A stretch of DNA of 64,000 nt. Source: a plasmid. The stretch lies in NCBI RefSeq assembly GCF_058153355.1, contig NZ_JBLWLY010000002.1, one strand, 5' to 3'. The position numbers and the translations under genes were made by a program. This document shows positions 35,481-46,061 of this stretch, piece by piece; the first letter of the stretch is position 1; each line of letters opens with the position of its first letter. The notes under the pieces are model-generated. The model saw only the letters and a program-made list of their open reading frames with translations. It was not told where the DNA came from and ran no database searches.

Positions 35481-36255
35481 GCGTAACGCAGTAACGACGT
35501 TTTTCACTAACCAGGTGACAAAAGCACTGGGAATGACGCTGGCGCTGATGATGAGCTGTCAGAGTGCGGTGGCTTCCCTGGCGGCAGACCAGACCCGCTA
35601 TATCTTTCGCGGGGACAAGGATGCGCTGACCATCACGGTCACCAACAATGACAAGGGACGTACCTTTGGTGGTCAGGCATGGGTGGACAATATCGTGGAG
35701 AAAGACACCCGTCCGACTTTTGTGGTGACGCCGTCCTTCTTCAAGGTGAAGCCGAATGGTCAGCAGACACTGCGTATCATCATGGCCTCGGACCATCTGC
35801 CGAAGGATAAAGAGTCGGTGTACTGGCTGAACCTGCAGGATATTCCGCCGGCTCTGGAGGGCAGCGGTATTGCAGTGGCGCTGCGTACGAAACTGAAACT
35901 GTTCTATCGCCCGAAGGCACTGCTTGAAGGTCGCAAGGGGGCAGAAGAAGGCATCAGTCTGCAGAGCCGCCCGGATGGCAGGACCATGCTGGTGAACACC
36001 ACGCCATACATTTTTGCGATTGGCAGCCTGCTGGACGGAAACGGAAAGAAAATTGCCGCGGATAACGAGACGGCGCAGAAACTGCTGATGTTCATGCCGG
36101 GTGATGAAGTACAGGTGAAGGGAAATGTGGTGAAAGTGGACTCCCTGAATGATTACGGTGAACTGCAGACATGGACGATTAACCAGAAGAAATCAGCAAT
36201 ATCGTCTGCACAGAAGTCATCTGATACAGAGGGTAATTCATCTGATAAAAAATAA
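35473..36255 (+). CDS. periplasmic fimbrial chaperone (FaeE-like)
   Basis: 260 aa with signal peptide; start overlaps usher stop. Confidence 0.8.
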   Translation: MSKRNAVTTFFTNQVTKALGMTLALMMSCQSAVASLAADQTRYIFRGDKDALTITVTNNDKGRTFGGQAWVDNIVEKDTRPTFVVTPSFFKVKPNGQQTLRIIMASDHLPKDKESVYWLNLQDIPPALEGSGIAVALRTKLKLFYRPKALLEGRKGAEEGISLQSRPDGRTMLVNTTPYIFAIGSLLDGNGKKIAADNETAQKLLMFMPGDEVQVKGNVVKVDSLNDYGELQTWTINQKKSAISSAQKSSDTEGNSSDKK

Positions 36256-36289
36256 TCGCCCTCCGGCATACGGAACAGAGGGGTAATAA

Positions 36290-36781
36290 ATGAAGAAAAC
36301 AATGATGGTAGTCGCCTTGGCCCTGAGTGCACTCAGTATTCAGTCAACACTTGCCGCTGAATACAGCGAGAAAGCGCAGTATCTGGGGGTGGTGAATGGC
36401 CAGGTGGTGGGTAACAGCGTGGTGAAGGTAACCCGCACACCGACAGATCCGGTGCTGTACCGGAGTGGAGACACGACGCCTCTTCCCGACCGCCTGACCA
36501 TCCGTAATGCAGAATCCAGAGCAGCATCTGGTGGCTTGGCGTATATCACGGTGAAACAGGTGCTGCCTGATAACGGGGAAGCCCGCATCACCCTGAAGAC
36601 GGCCCTGATGGTTGATGGAAAGAAAGTGGCAATCAGCGCCAGACAGCAGGGTGAGGATATGGTGATAACTTTGCCGGAAGCACAGAAGCAGATTGAATTA
36701 AGAACGGATGCACCGGCAGAGCTGGAAGTACCGGTCAGTTACCGGGGAAATCTGCAGATAGCGCTGCAGGTGGAGGACTGA
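36290..36781 (+). CDS. minor fimbrial subunit (FaeF-like)
   Basis: 163 aa with signal peptide MKKTMMVVALALSALSIQSTLA. Confidence 0.6.
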   Translation: MKKTMMVVALALSALSIQSTLAAEYSEKAQYLGVVNGQVVGNSVVKVTRTPTDPVLYRSGDTTPLPDRLTIRNAESRAASGGLAYITVKQVLPDNGEARITLKTALMVDGKKVAISARQQGEDMVITLPEAQKQIELRTDAPAELEVPVSYRGNLQIALQVED

Positions 36782-36994
36782 GGATTCATTTCCTTTATAA
36801 ATGCAGTACATCCCGTGATTCCGGAGCGGGTCATATTGGTAAAGGGATTTACCGTCTTTTAAAACGGGAATAACGTAAAACAATTCTGAGTTAAACACTG
36901 TGTTTAATGAAATGCGGTTATTTAAATGAATCCGCAGGGGATGGTTTTGCGGTAATTCCGGGGAAATAAGGATTACTGATTCAGTTTATTATTT

Positions 36995-37819
36995 ATGAAA
37001 CGTCAAGGTGATTATTTTATGAAAAAGACTCTGATTGCACTGACTGTGGCTGCTTCTGCCGCAGTATCCGGCTCTGCTATGGCGTGGAATCCCGCTGGCC
37101 TTGGTGGCAACGGTGGCACCTTTAGCATGAGTGGTACTCTGAGCAAAGCTGCGAAAGTAGTACCGTGGGCAGTGGAAATAGGTGCTCCGGTAACAGCGCT
37201 TGATGTGACCGTTAAACCTGACCAGAAGAATGTTTTCATTCTTTTAGAAAAAGACATACCGATACTTGGCATTCGTAGCGCCCCGCAGGGTTTCATAGGG
37301 GAAAAGGGTATTGCCCCACAAATCGATTATAATAAAGCCGCTAATTTTGATTATATGGATAAGGGGAATTTACCTGCGGAAATTGATGTCACATCATCTG
37401 ATGGTAAGAAAATTGGTACTCTGGCGTTCGTAATGCGAGTTGCCTGTCAGGCCAGCGAAAAGAAGGGTGAAAGCGACGACAAGTTAAATAGTAGCATGCT
37501 ATTCGCTGGTTCAAAAGGTAAAGCTTTCTTTGGTGGAGTTGCCAAAGATGAAAAGGGTATCTGGAGTGACGCCGCTGCCTATACTTGGGCTACCCACCTT
37601 TTTAGCAGTATTGCTGACTCGTGGGATACTAAAATTCCTTACACGGCGGGCGATGCAGATGAAACCGACTTCAGTGATGGAAACAGTATTTACCGAGGTT
37701 ACTATGCATCCGGCCTTGTCAAGGGTATGCCCATGGAACTAACTCTTGATCAGACTATAACGTCTGCTACCCCAATTCCGTGGAAAGCTTCTCTGCCAAT
37801 TGTTATCTCCTACATGTAA
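36995..37819 (+). CDS. major fimbrial subunit (FaeG-like)
   Basis: N-terminus MKKTLIALTVAASAA...AWNP resembles K88 FaeG MKKTLIAL...AW; 274-aa ORF, probable start about 37020. Confidence 0.75.
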   Translation: MKRQGDYFMKKTLIALTVAASAAVSGSAMAWNPAGLGGNGGTFSMSGTLSKAAKVVPWAVEIGAPVTALDVTVKPDQKNVFILLEKDIPILGIRSAPQGFIGEKGIAPQIDYNKAANFDYMDKGNLPAEIDVTSSDGKKIGTLAFVMRVACQASEKKGESDDKLNSSMLFAGSKGKAFFGGVAKDEKGIWSDAAAYTWATHLFSSIADSWDTKIPYTAGDADETDFSDGNSIYRGYYASGLVKGMPMELTLDQTITSATPIPWKASLPIVISYM

Positions 37820-38032
37820 TTCAGCAGTGTTCAGCAGTAAGCACTTACCCGTTTACTGCTGATTAAAACTTCAGAACACAGTTTCCGGTGACCCGACCTG
37901 AATATACAGAACCGGTATGTCAGAACAGGTGTTTTTCTGTTGGAGTGTCTTGTGACGCATATTGGTTCTGTGCTTTTTTTAACAAAATTATTTTATTGAG
38001 CTGTTTTGTTTTATCCGGATAAACAGGAATGA

Positions 38033-38836
38033 ATGCCGATGAAAATAACGCATCATTATAAATTCTTCCTTTCTGCTGTTATTTTGGTAACCATATTTTA
38101 TTCGGCAGTGCCATATGCAAATATTCTTGATGGCGGCGAAATTCAGTTTAATGGCTATGTTACTGATGAAGCACCCAAATGGGCCTGGCAGATAAGTTCT
38201 CCCGACCAGACTTGGTCTGTGGATACTGCCGATGCCCGTACAGAGAACGGGCAACTGGTTTTTAATTTGCATGATAAAGGGGCTCTGCCATTTCTGGAGG
38301 GACATCTGCATGATGTGGCTGAGCGCGGTGGTCCCGGATTCACGCCATTTATTACTTTCAGCAGTAACGGACAGCCTTTTACTGTGACGGAAGGAAATGG
38401 TGCCTCAGCACAGCACTTTCGCGCCTCTGTCCCGGTGCGTGACCCGGAGACGGGGAACGTGTCGGGACAGCTTTTTTTTACCCTGAATCAGGGAATGGCG
38501 GTCAGTACCGGCAGACAGGACGACGGGGCATCCGTACCGGCTGGCATGTCGCTGGTCAGTGGACAGAGTGTGACGGATGTACAGCCGGGAAGTCTGCCAC
38601 AGGGGCTGAAAGCCCGACTCTCTTCCCTGTTACTGATGAATCAAAATTTTGGCAATGGCATGAATGCGGTGGATAACGGACAGGTTATCAACCAGGGGAT
38701 ACTGACTGACGGTCGGGTGATGGATCTGGCTGCGGCATATGCCTCTGCGGTGTCGGATTTTGAACTGCGGTTGCCGGCAGAGGGTACACCTGCAGCATGG
38801 CAGGCGGGGCTGAATGTGACGGTTACAGTACAGTGA
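38033..38836 (+). CDS. minor fimbrial subunit (FaeH-like)
   Basis: 267 aa with signal peptide; position after major subunit. Confidence 0.6.
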   Translation: MPMKITHHYKFFLSAVILVTIFYSAVPYANILDGGEIQFNGYVTDEAPKWAWQISSPDQTWSVDTADARTENGQLVFNLHDKGALPFLEGHLHDVAERGGPGFTPFITFSSNGQPFTVTEGNGASAQHFRASVPVRDPETGNVSGQLFFTLNQGMAVSTGRQDDGASVPAGMSLVSGQSVTDVQPGSLPQGLKARLSSLLLMNQNFGNGMNAVDNGQVINQGILTDGRVMDLAAAYASAVSDFELRLPAEGTPAAWQAGLNVTVTVQ

Positions 38837-38865
38837 TGGTTGCAGGGATATAAGGAGAGAAGAGA

Positions 38866-39630
38866 ATGAAAAAGGTGGCGTTGTTTCTGTTTGCTGCTAG
38901 CCACCTGCCTTCCTGTGTACTGGCTTGGAACACGCCAGGAGAAAATTTCAGCGGAGAGCTTAAGCTGGAAGGCCCGGTGACCAGTACCCGTAACCCGTGG
39001 GTATGGAAAGTCGGGCAGGGAAATGAAGGTCTGGAGGTTAAACAGAGCCGCGGTGTTCGTGGCGGTGGGGAGGGGATTCAGGTCGAACTGCCGGCGATGA
39101 CCGTTTTACTGGGAAAAACCACCCTGACCACACCGGCAGGACGTGAGGGGCTTTCACCCCGGGTCAGTTATGGAAAAGGCACTGAGGGGTTTTCACTTGT
39201 ATGGACAGCGCCTGGCATGGCTGAAGTGACGCTACCTGTCACCGGAGATAATAATGCCCGGGCAGGCACATTTGTTTTCAGAATTCAGGCTGTGGGGGTG
39301 TTGCGCCATGTGCAGGGCGGACAACCGGTGTATGTTGGTATGTATGACGACCTGAATACGAATGGTTTGCCAGGTGAAAGCACTGCCATGAAGGTTTCTG
39401 ATATTCCGGGCGTTCTGCAGAAGATGTTCAGTGGGGAAGGCCCCGGCTGGCTTCAGACAATGACACTCAGTGGTTATTCAGGGGTGAGTCATTTCAGTGA
39501 TGACTTCCTGCGCCAGGTTGAAGGTGTGTATGGTGCACAGACTGTGGCTGGCAGTGGTGAATTACGGCTGAACGGCGAGATGCCGGAACACTGGAGGGTG
39601 TCACTGTCAGTAAACATTGAATATCAGTAA
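38866..39630 (+). CDS. minor fimbrial subunit (FaeI-like)
   Basis: 254 aa with signal peptide ending AWNTPGE, similar N-terminus to the major subunit. Confidence 0.6.
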   Translation: MKKVALFLFAASHLPSCVLAWNTPGENFSGELKLEGPVTSTRNPWVWKVGQGNEGLEVKQSRGVRGGGEGIQVELPAMTVLLGKTTLTTPAGREGLSPRVSYGKGTEGFSLVWTAPGMAEVTLPVTGDNNARAGTFVFRIQAVGVLRHVQGGQPVYVGMYDDLNTNGLPGESTAMKVSDIPGVLQKMFSGEGPGWLQTMTLSGYSGVSHFSDDFLRQVEGVYGAQTVAGSGELRLNGEMPEHWRVSLSVNIEYQ

Positions 39631-39953
39631 GGAGCAGGAGTGCGTTTTATAATCCGGAGATAAGGAACGTCGGTTACTGTAAGATTGGGGAGTTGTGTTG
39701 ATAGCGGGAGTGGCTGGAATAAGTGGTATACATAGATAAAAATTAAAACTATCACTATTTGAGGAGTTTTTTCCTGCTCTCCATGGGCTTTATAGCTCAC
39801 AAAAAATAGAATAATATTATTAATTATTCTGCTTTTTTATGGGCATTCCCCCTTGAAAAATGAGTTTGTGCCAGAATATTATTAATGTGTTTTTTGTGAT
39901 TTACTAATCAAGGATTGCTGAATAGCATCCAGTACTGAATATTTTGTTCAATT

Positions 39954-41180
39954 ATGTCAGGAACCATACCGAAAATCAAAACAGGTGAAAATGTTCTGTC
40001 TGCAGCCATTCAGCGCATTGAATGGCTATTTGGAACGTTTCCTTCTGTCTGCTTGTCCTTTTCTGGTGGTAAGGATTCTACCGTGCTTTTCCATCTTGTG
40101 TCCGAAGTGGCCCGCAAAAAGAGGCGTCGTTTTTCGGTATTGTTCATTGACTGGGAAGCACAATATCAATGCACCATTACGCATATTCAGAAGATGCAGA
40201 AGATGTACCTGGATGTGACGGACAGGTTTTACTGGGTGGCCCTTCCCCTGACTACGGTAAACGGTGTCTCTCAGTTTCAGCCGGAGTGGATATGCTGGGA
40301 GCCTGGTGTGACCTGGGTTCGCCATCCACCGGAATATGCTATTACGGATATGGCGTATTTTCCCTTTTACCGATATGCCATGACCTTTGAGGAATTTATC
40401 CCGGCGTTTTCCTCCTGGTTTGCCAGGGATAAATACCTGGTGGCTGTTCTGACCGGAGTCCGGGCAGATGAGTCCCTCAACCGCTTTATGGGACTGGTAT
40501 CCCGTCGCAAACAGAGATATGCCGATGATAAACCCTGGACTACGGCATCACCTGAAGGGTTTTATTACACCATGTATCCGTTGTATGACTGGAAAGCCCG
40601 TGATATCTGGATATATAACGCCAGAACCCGAGCTATCTACAATCCCCTGTATGACCTGATGCACCGTGCCTGTGTGCCGTTACGCAACATGCGTGTCTGT
40701 GAGCCTTTTGGTCCTGAACAGCGTAAGGGGCTGTGGCTTTATCATGTTCTGGAGCCGGAAACCTGGGCCAAGATGTGTGAGCGGGTGTCGGGTGCTGCCA
40801 GCGGGGCGCTTTATGCCAATGAGAGCGGTGCCTATTTTGCCCTGCGTAAGCGTATCACGAAGCCGCCTCATCATACCTGGCGTAGCTATGCGATGTTCCT
40901 GCTGGATGTGATGCCGGAAAGAACGGCAGAACATTACCGTAACAAAATTGCTGTCTACCTGCGCTGGTATCAGACGCGAGGCTTCCCGGATGACATTCCG
41001 GATGAACAGGAGAATGACCTGGGGGGCCGGGATATCCCGTCCTGGCGACGCATCTGTAAAACACTCATAAAAAATGATTTCTGGTGCCGGACCCTCTCCT
41101 TCAGTCCGAACAAAGCCCGGCACTATGAACGTTACCTGCAGCGTATGAAGGAAAGGAGGAAGGAATGGGGGATTCTGTGA
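39954..41180 (+). CDS. PAPS-reductase-family (PP-loop) protein, IbrA-like
   Basis: 408 aa with PP-loop motif SFSGGKDS near the N-terminus. Confidence 0.7.
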   Translation: MSGTIPKIKTGENVLSAAIQRIEWLFGTFPSVCLSFSGGKDSTVLFHLVSEVARKKRRRFSVLFIDWEAQYQCTITHIQKMQKMYLDVTDRFYWVALPLTTVNGVSQFQPEWICWEPGVTWVRHPPEYAITDMAYFPFYRYAMTFEEFIPAFSSWFARDKYLVAVLTGVRADESLNRFMGLVSRRKQRYADDKPWTTASPEGFYYTMYPLYDWKARDIWIYNARTRAIYNPLYDLMHRACVPLRNMRVCEPFGPEQRKGLWLYHVLEPETWAKMCERVSGAASGALYANESGAYFALRKRITKPPHHTWRSYAMFLLDVMPERTAEHYRNKIAVYLRWYQTRGFPDDIPDEQENDLGGRDIPSWRRICKTLIKNDFWCRTLSFSPNKARHYERYLQRMKERRKEWGIL

Positions 41181-41803
41181 CACCGGAGATACTTGGCAAC
41201 ATGATTCGTCAGTATTTCAGTCAGGTACGAACTGAAAAAGAGAGCATACAGGCTCTGAATCATCTGCGCAGAGTGCTTCATGAGGTCAGTCCTTTTGCAC
41301 AGGAGCCTGTGGACTGTGTGTTGTGGGTGAAAGCGGATGAGGTGGTGGCCAACGATTACAACCCTAATGTCATGGCACTAGGTGAGAAAAAACTACTGAA
41401 ACAGTCTCTGGAGAAAGATGGTTTCACACAACCGGTGGTGGTGTCAGAGGAGAAGAATCATTATCTGGTGGTGGATGGTTTTCATCGTCAGTTACTGGGG
41501 CGGGAAGCAGATACAGGAAAACGCCTGAGGGGCTGGTTGCCTGTAGTCTGTATTAATCCGGAGAGAAAGGGACAGGCCGCACGTATTGCCGCGACCATTC
41601 GACATAACCGGGCCAGGGGGAAACACCAGATCACTTTAATGTCTGATATTGTCAGGGATCTTTCACGTCTGGGCTGGACGAATGAACGTATTGGTACAGA
41701 GCTGGGAATGGACCAGGATGAAGTGCTGAGGCTGAAACAGATTAGCGGGCTGACAGAGTTGTTTCAGGAAGAGGATTTCAGCCCGGCTTGGACGGTTCGT
41801 TGA
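41165..41803 (+). CDS. ParB-like nuclease-domain protein, IbrB-like
   Basis: 212 aa with VVDGFHR (ParB/DGQHR-type motif); start overlaps upstream stop. Confidence 0.7.
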   Translation: MGDSVTPEILGNMIRQYFSQVRTEKESIQALNHLRRVLHEVSPFAQEPVDCVLWVKADEVVANDYNPNVMALGEKKLLKQSLEKDGFTQPVVVSEEKNHYLVVDGFHRQLLGREADTGKRLRGWLPVVCINPERKGQAARIAATIRHNRARGKHQITLMSDIVRDLSRLGWTNERIGTELGMDQDEVLRLKQISGLTELFQEEDFSPAWTVR

Positions 41804-42030
41804 TGCTGTTAAATATGGGCGGTATTTCTGAAAGTTGATACTTTGGGTAGAAAAAATGATACCGGAAACTATGAAGGATGTGCTTGTCAGGTGACTAGAC
41901 ACCATAGGTCTTAGGCTTTGATAACGGGATAAGATGAGCTGCTTTTCTCATACCATCAGGTGTGATGATGTCGCAGATTTACAAAATCTGATTGATTCTA
42001 AAGATGTATAAGTAAGGAAAAAGTTTTGAT

Positions 42031-42915
42031 ATGAAAAAACAGATATTTATTAATAATAAACCTCCTGTAGTCCCTTATTCAGGGGCGCACGCGAAAATAT
42101 TTAAATACATTGAAATCCCTCTGCCGTTTTTCTACTTTATCTATACATCAGGCGAACCATTCCACATGTCTGTCCAAAATACTGTTATTTATGTATCAAA
42201 ATACAATGGTATATTTATTAATAAATCAGTTCCTTTTTCTTTTTTATTTGACAGAGATATATCTGTTCTTCAAAGAAGAGATATTTGTGTTGTGCGATTT
42301 ACGTCAGAGGAGATAAGTGAACATAATGTTTTATTTGATCATGACTTTGAACGATTAAAAAAAATTTCCAAAGCTCAGCTTATATCTCCCGATTATGTTT
42401 TGATTGATTTTTCTAGTGGGGGGGAGGATGAATCCTACGCAATGTCCTGGTTAATATCTCAGTGTACTCATCAGTATACAGATAATAAAAAGACGGAGAC
42501 AGATGCTATTTACGATAAAGTGCGGAGTTCTTATTTGCTTTCATGTATTCTGCAAAAAAACGAAAATGTTGGGCTTATTCTTCATGCACCATCATTTGTT
42601 TCTGTGTCTGAAAAAATCGCCAGAATTGTGATGGCAAATTACTCCCGTAACTGGAGTACTTCCGAGTTGGCCAGTGCGGTTTTAATGAGTGAATCTTCTT
42701 TAAAAAGAAGAATGTACAAAGAGGTCGGTTCTATAAGTACATTTGTACATAAAATAAAGCTTACAGAAGCTATCAGGAAATTACGAAGGACAAATACTCC
42801 CATTTCTGTCATATCATCTGAGTTAGGTTACAGTTCACCATCGTATTTTTCTAAAGTTTTCTTTAAATATTTAAAGACATACCCTCAAAACATAAGGAAG
42901 AAAAATGGTCGGTAA
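42031..42915 (+). CDS. AraC-family transcriptional regulator (Rns/AggR-type position)
   Basis: 294 aa, low-GC gene; C-terminal region AraC-type HTH. Confidence 0.75.
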   Translation: MKKQIFINNKPPVVPYSGAHAKIFKYIEIPLPFFYFIYTSGEPFHMSVQNTVIYVSKYNGIFINKSVPFSFLFDRDISVLQRRDICVVRFTSEEISEHNVLFDHDFERLKKISKAQLISPDYVLIDFSSGGEDESYAMSWLISQCTHQYTDNKKTETDAIYDKVRSSYLLSCILQKNENVGLILHAPSFVSVSEKIARIVMANYSRNWSTSELASAVLMSESSLKRRMYKEVGSISTFVHKIKLTEAIRKLRRTNTPISVISSELGYSSPSYFSKVFFKYLKTYPQNIRKKNGR

Positions 42916-43102
42916 TGTCACCAATTAGGAGGACTTGCCGGGCCGCGTTGCAAGGATGAGCCCGCATTACGATTATTTCGTGCTCGATGGCGTACAGCTC
43001 ACCGATTAGTTTCAGTGCTTCTTCCGCTGTCGCGCTTTTGGTACTGATATATACATCGTGGACTTTGCGCCGCGCATGAGCCCAGCATCCTGCTTCCGTC
43101 AA
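42863..43102 (-). pseudogene. IS66 TnpC internal fragment
   Basis: 79-aa ORF matching [42 protein letters not shown] of copy B. Confidence 0.6.
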
Positions 43103-43144
43103 CGCGCCGCCTTCGTAAGCGGCTCGCCAGAACCGTATTGATAT

Positions 43145-44716
43145 TTACTGAGAGCTCAGATCAACTTTCCAGGGCAACAGATCGCGTACCCGGTTTGCCG
43201 GCCAGTCCTGGATATGTTCAATGACGTAACGCAGCCACTTTTCTGGCTCCACATTGTTCAGACGGCATGTGCCGATCAGCGAGTACAACACCGCAGCATG
43301 TTCACCACCGCTGTCAGAACCCGCGAAGAGCCAGTTTTTCCGGCCTACGGCCACTCCCCGTAAGGCGTTCTCTGCGATGTTGTTGTCGATTTCCACCCAG
43401 CCATTACTGCAGTACACGTTCAGTGCATCCCACTGTTTCAGCAGGTATGCGAACGCTTTTGCCGTGTCCGAGTGACGCGACAGTGTTTTCATCTGTTGCT
43501 GTATCCAGTCATACAGTGACTGCATCAGTGGCGCGGCTCTGGCTTTTCTTGCCGCCAGACGCTGTTCTGCTGAACAGCCCCGGACCTCTGCCTCGATGGC
43601 ATACAGTTCACCGATACGCTGCAGGGCTTCCGTGGTGATGTCGGTGGGCACTCTTGCATGCACATCGTGGATTTTTCTCCGGGCATGAGCCATACATGCG
43701 GCTTCCGTTATTCTGCCGGATTCGTACAACGCCCGGTAACCACCGTAAGCATCGGCCTGAAGCACTCCGCTGTAACCGGCCAGATGATTCTGTGGATGGA
43801 TACCTTTCCGGTCCGGGCTGTACGCGAACCAGACCGCCGGAGGCATTTCCGAACCGGCGTTACGGTCATCACGAACGTAGACCCACAGCCGGGCAGTCCT
43901 TGTTTTACCGCTGCCCGGCTCCTGGACCGGAACGGGGATATCATCGGCATGGACTTTACCGGGCATCAGCACATACTGGCGCAGGATGTCATACAGCGGT
44001 TCCAGCAGTTCAGCAACAGCACCTGTCCAGCGCCCCAGTGTGGCACGGCTCAGCTCCACGCCCTGACGACGGTATATTTCTGACTGGCGGTATAACGGCA
44101 GATGGTCTGCATATTTTCCAGCGACAACATGGGCCAGAAGCCCCGCTCCGGCATAACTGCGTGCAATGGGTTTTGAAGGCACCGGAGCCTGCACGATATG
44201 GTCGCACCGGCAACAGGCCAGTTTCGGACGTTGTGTTTCGATAACCTTAAAGGCGCTGCTGATAAGCTCCAGTTGCTCTGACACATCACATCCCAGAGAA
44301 CTGAGTTCGCCACCACAGGCCGGGCAGCATTCCTCTTCCGGACGGATGACCCGGGTTTCACGGGGAAGTGAGGCAGGTAACGGTTTACGGGCTGAAGACT
44401 GGCGCAGGGGAGATGGCAGTACCGGGTCATATTGCTCACCCAGCGTTTCCGCCATTTCTTCCTGAAGAGCGCTGATTCGCTCCTGTGCTTCCTGTATCTG
44501 CCGTTCGGTTTTTGCACGAAGTTTTTCTGAGCTTTTACCGAACTGCATGCGCTGCAGTTTTGCAACCAGCGCCTTCAGCCGGTTGATTTCGGAAGCATAA
44601 GCCGCCACCCGCTGTGAGAGCAGGCGGTTGTATTTCGCCATCTGGCGGATGGTGTCCTGTTGCGTCTGCAACAGTGCCCGCAGGCGGGCATTCTCATGAG
44701 CAAGTGAGGTGTCCAT
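43145..44716 (-). CDS. IS66 TnpC transposase
   Basis: 523 aa, intact. Confidence 0.85.
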   Translation of the reverse strand: MDTSLAHENARLRALLQTQQDTIRQMAKYNRLLSQRVAAYASEINRLKALVAKLQRMQFGKSSEKLRAKTERQIQEAQERISALQEEMAETLGEQYDPVLPSPLRQSSARKPLPASLPRETRVIRPEEECCPACGGELSSLGCDVSEQLELISSAFKVIETQRPKLACCRCDHIVQAPVPSKPIARSYAGAGLLAHVVAGKYADHLPLYRQSEIYRRQGVELSRATLGRWTGAVAELLEPLYDILRQYVLMPGKVHADDIPVPVQEPGSGKTRTARLWVYVRDDRNAGSEMPPAVWFAYSPDRKGIHPQNHLAGYSGVLQADAYGGYRALYESGRITEAACMAHARRKIHDVHARVPTDITTEALQRIGELYAIEAEVRGCSAEQRLAARKARAAPLMQSLYDWIQQQMKTLSRHSDTAKAFAYLLKQWDALNVYCSNGWVEIDNNIAENALRGVAVGRKNWLFAGSDSGGEHAAVLYSLIGTCRLNNVEPEKWLRYVIEHIQDWPANRVRDLLPWKVDLSSQ

Positions 44717-44735
44717 ATCCTCACTTTACAACGGG

Positions 44736-45083
44736 TTATATGCGGATGCCAGCGCGTTCCGTTCGTTTCGGGTGTTTCCAGTCGATGCCCTCAAGAAGCA
44801 TGGATAACTGGGCCGGAGTAAGGTGCACCTTGCCGTCACGGGTGACCGGCCAGACGAAGCGGCCCCGCTCCAGGCGTCTGGTGAAGAGGCACAGTCCGTC
44901 ACTGTCAGCCCACAACACTTTTATCTGGTCACCCCGGCGTCCGCGGAAGATGAACAGATGCCCGGAGAACGGGTCATCCTTCAGGACGTTCTGAACTTTT
45001 GAGGCCAGGCCGTTAAAGCCATTTCGCATATCGGTGATACCTGCAACCAGCCAGATACGCGAACCTGCAGGGAAAGATATCAT
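44736..45083 (-). CDS. IS66 TnpB
   Basis: 115 aa. Confidence 0.8.
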   Translation of the reverse strand: MISFPAGSRIWLVAGITDMRNGFNGLASKVQNVLKDDPFSGHLFIFRGRRGDQIKVLWADSDGLCLFTRRLERGRFVWPVTRDGKVHLTPAQLSMLLEGIDWKHPKRTERAGIRI

Positions 45084-45694
45084 CAGTGGCTACTCCCTTT
45101 TATTTCGCGGATAAGTATCTGTAATAACGCCAGCGTCAGTTTACCTTTAAGCCTGAGAGTTCCGGCCGGCAGAACCAGCTCATAGCACAGACTGTCGGAC
45201 GGTGTATTTATCTGCTCTGGTTCCTGTGCCGGAGCCGGGATTTTATTATCCGGCTCCGGCGTTAACGTCACGGGAAGTAGCGATGTTTCATGTTCGCCGG
45301 GCGGCTGCAGGCCGCCGTTACGCCAGAGATGCCGCCAGTTAAAGAGCAGGTTATCGTTGATTCCATTCTCACGAGCTATTTGTGCGACACAGGCACCGGG
45401 TAAAAGAGTTTGCTGAACAAGTCTCCATTTAAACTCCGGTGAAAATCGGTTCCGGCGGGGTTTCTCTGCTTTCACAGGCTGAGTCACGGTCGGGGTTGAA
45501 GGATATCGCCCCGGGAAAAGAGCCCGGGCCAGTTGCCCGCAGGAATATTCGCCGGAAAGAGGCCAGTCAGTGAATACCTGGTGAAATCGCCTCACCAGAG
45601 AAAAAATGGCGGTTTTGCTGACACCAGTCTGCGCAGAAATGCGCGGGTACGACAGTGACTCGTCAAATCTCAGCTGTAGCACACGCAGGATCAA
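45083..45694 (-). CDS. IS66 OrfA with unusual 90-aa N-terminal extension
   Basis: C-terminal 110 aa orfA-like ([28 protein letters not shown]); N-terminal part unlike other copies. Confidence 0.5.
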   Translation of the reverse strand: MILRVLQLRFDESLSYPRISAQTGVSKTAIFSLVRRFHQVFTDWPLSGEYSCGQLARALFPGRYPSTPTVTQPVKAEKPRRNRFSPEFKWRLVQQTLLPGACVAQIARENGINDNLLFNWRHLWRNGGLQPPGEHETSLLPVTLTPEPDNKIPAPAQEPEQINTPSDSLCYELVLPAGTLRLKGKLTLALLQILIREIKGSSH

Positions 45695-45732
45695 TTCCGG
45701 ATTATCTGCCAGTACCGCCTTTCGTGCATTCG

Positions 45733-45987
45733 GACGGTGGCGGTTACATGATGCCGGATGGCGACCGTTTTTATCTGGTCAACAGTGAAAACTGGTTTGA
45801 CCGCACGGTCAGCGCCGATGCCGCAGGCATCATTCTTACCTCCCTTGTGATTAACCGCCTGTTGTGGCTGTACCACGACAGCGGGGATGCGGGACTGACA
45901 CACCTGTACCGGATGCGCGATGCGCAGTTGTGGAGCCACATCGAATTTCACCCCGAATGTAACGCGATTTACGCGGCACTGGACTGA
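45733..45987 (+). pseudogene. KlcA/ArdB-family antirestriction gene, 3' fragment
   Basis: C-terminal SDGGGYMMPDG...SADAAGI...AIYAALD resembles KlcA; no matching N-terminus upstream. Confidence 0.55.
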
Positions 45988-46061
45988 TTAACGGACGGGG
46001 CGGCAATGCCGCCCCTGTAAAGGAGACGAGAACATGTACTGTTAAAGAAATTATCCGCGAA

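Larger units (their letters stand above)
43115..45700 (-). mobile_element. IS66-family element, copy C (left boundary uncertain)
   Basis: terminal repeat gtaagcggctcgccag at 43115; tnpC and tnpB identical to copy D; no clear terminal repeat at the other end. Confidence 0.6.
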
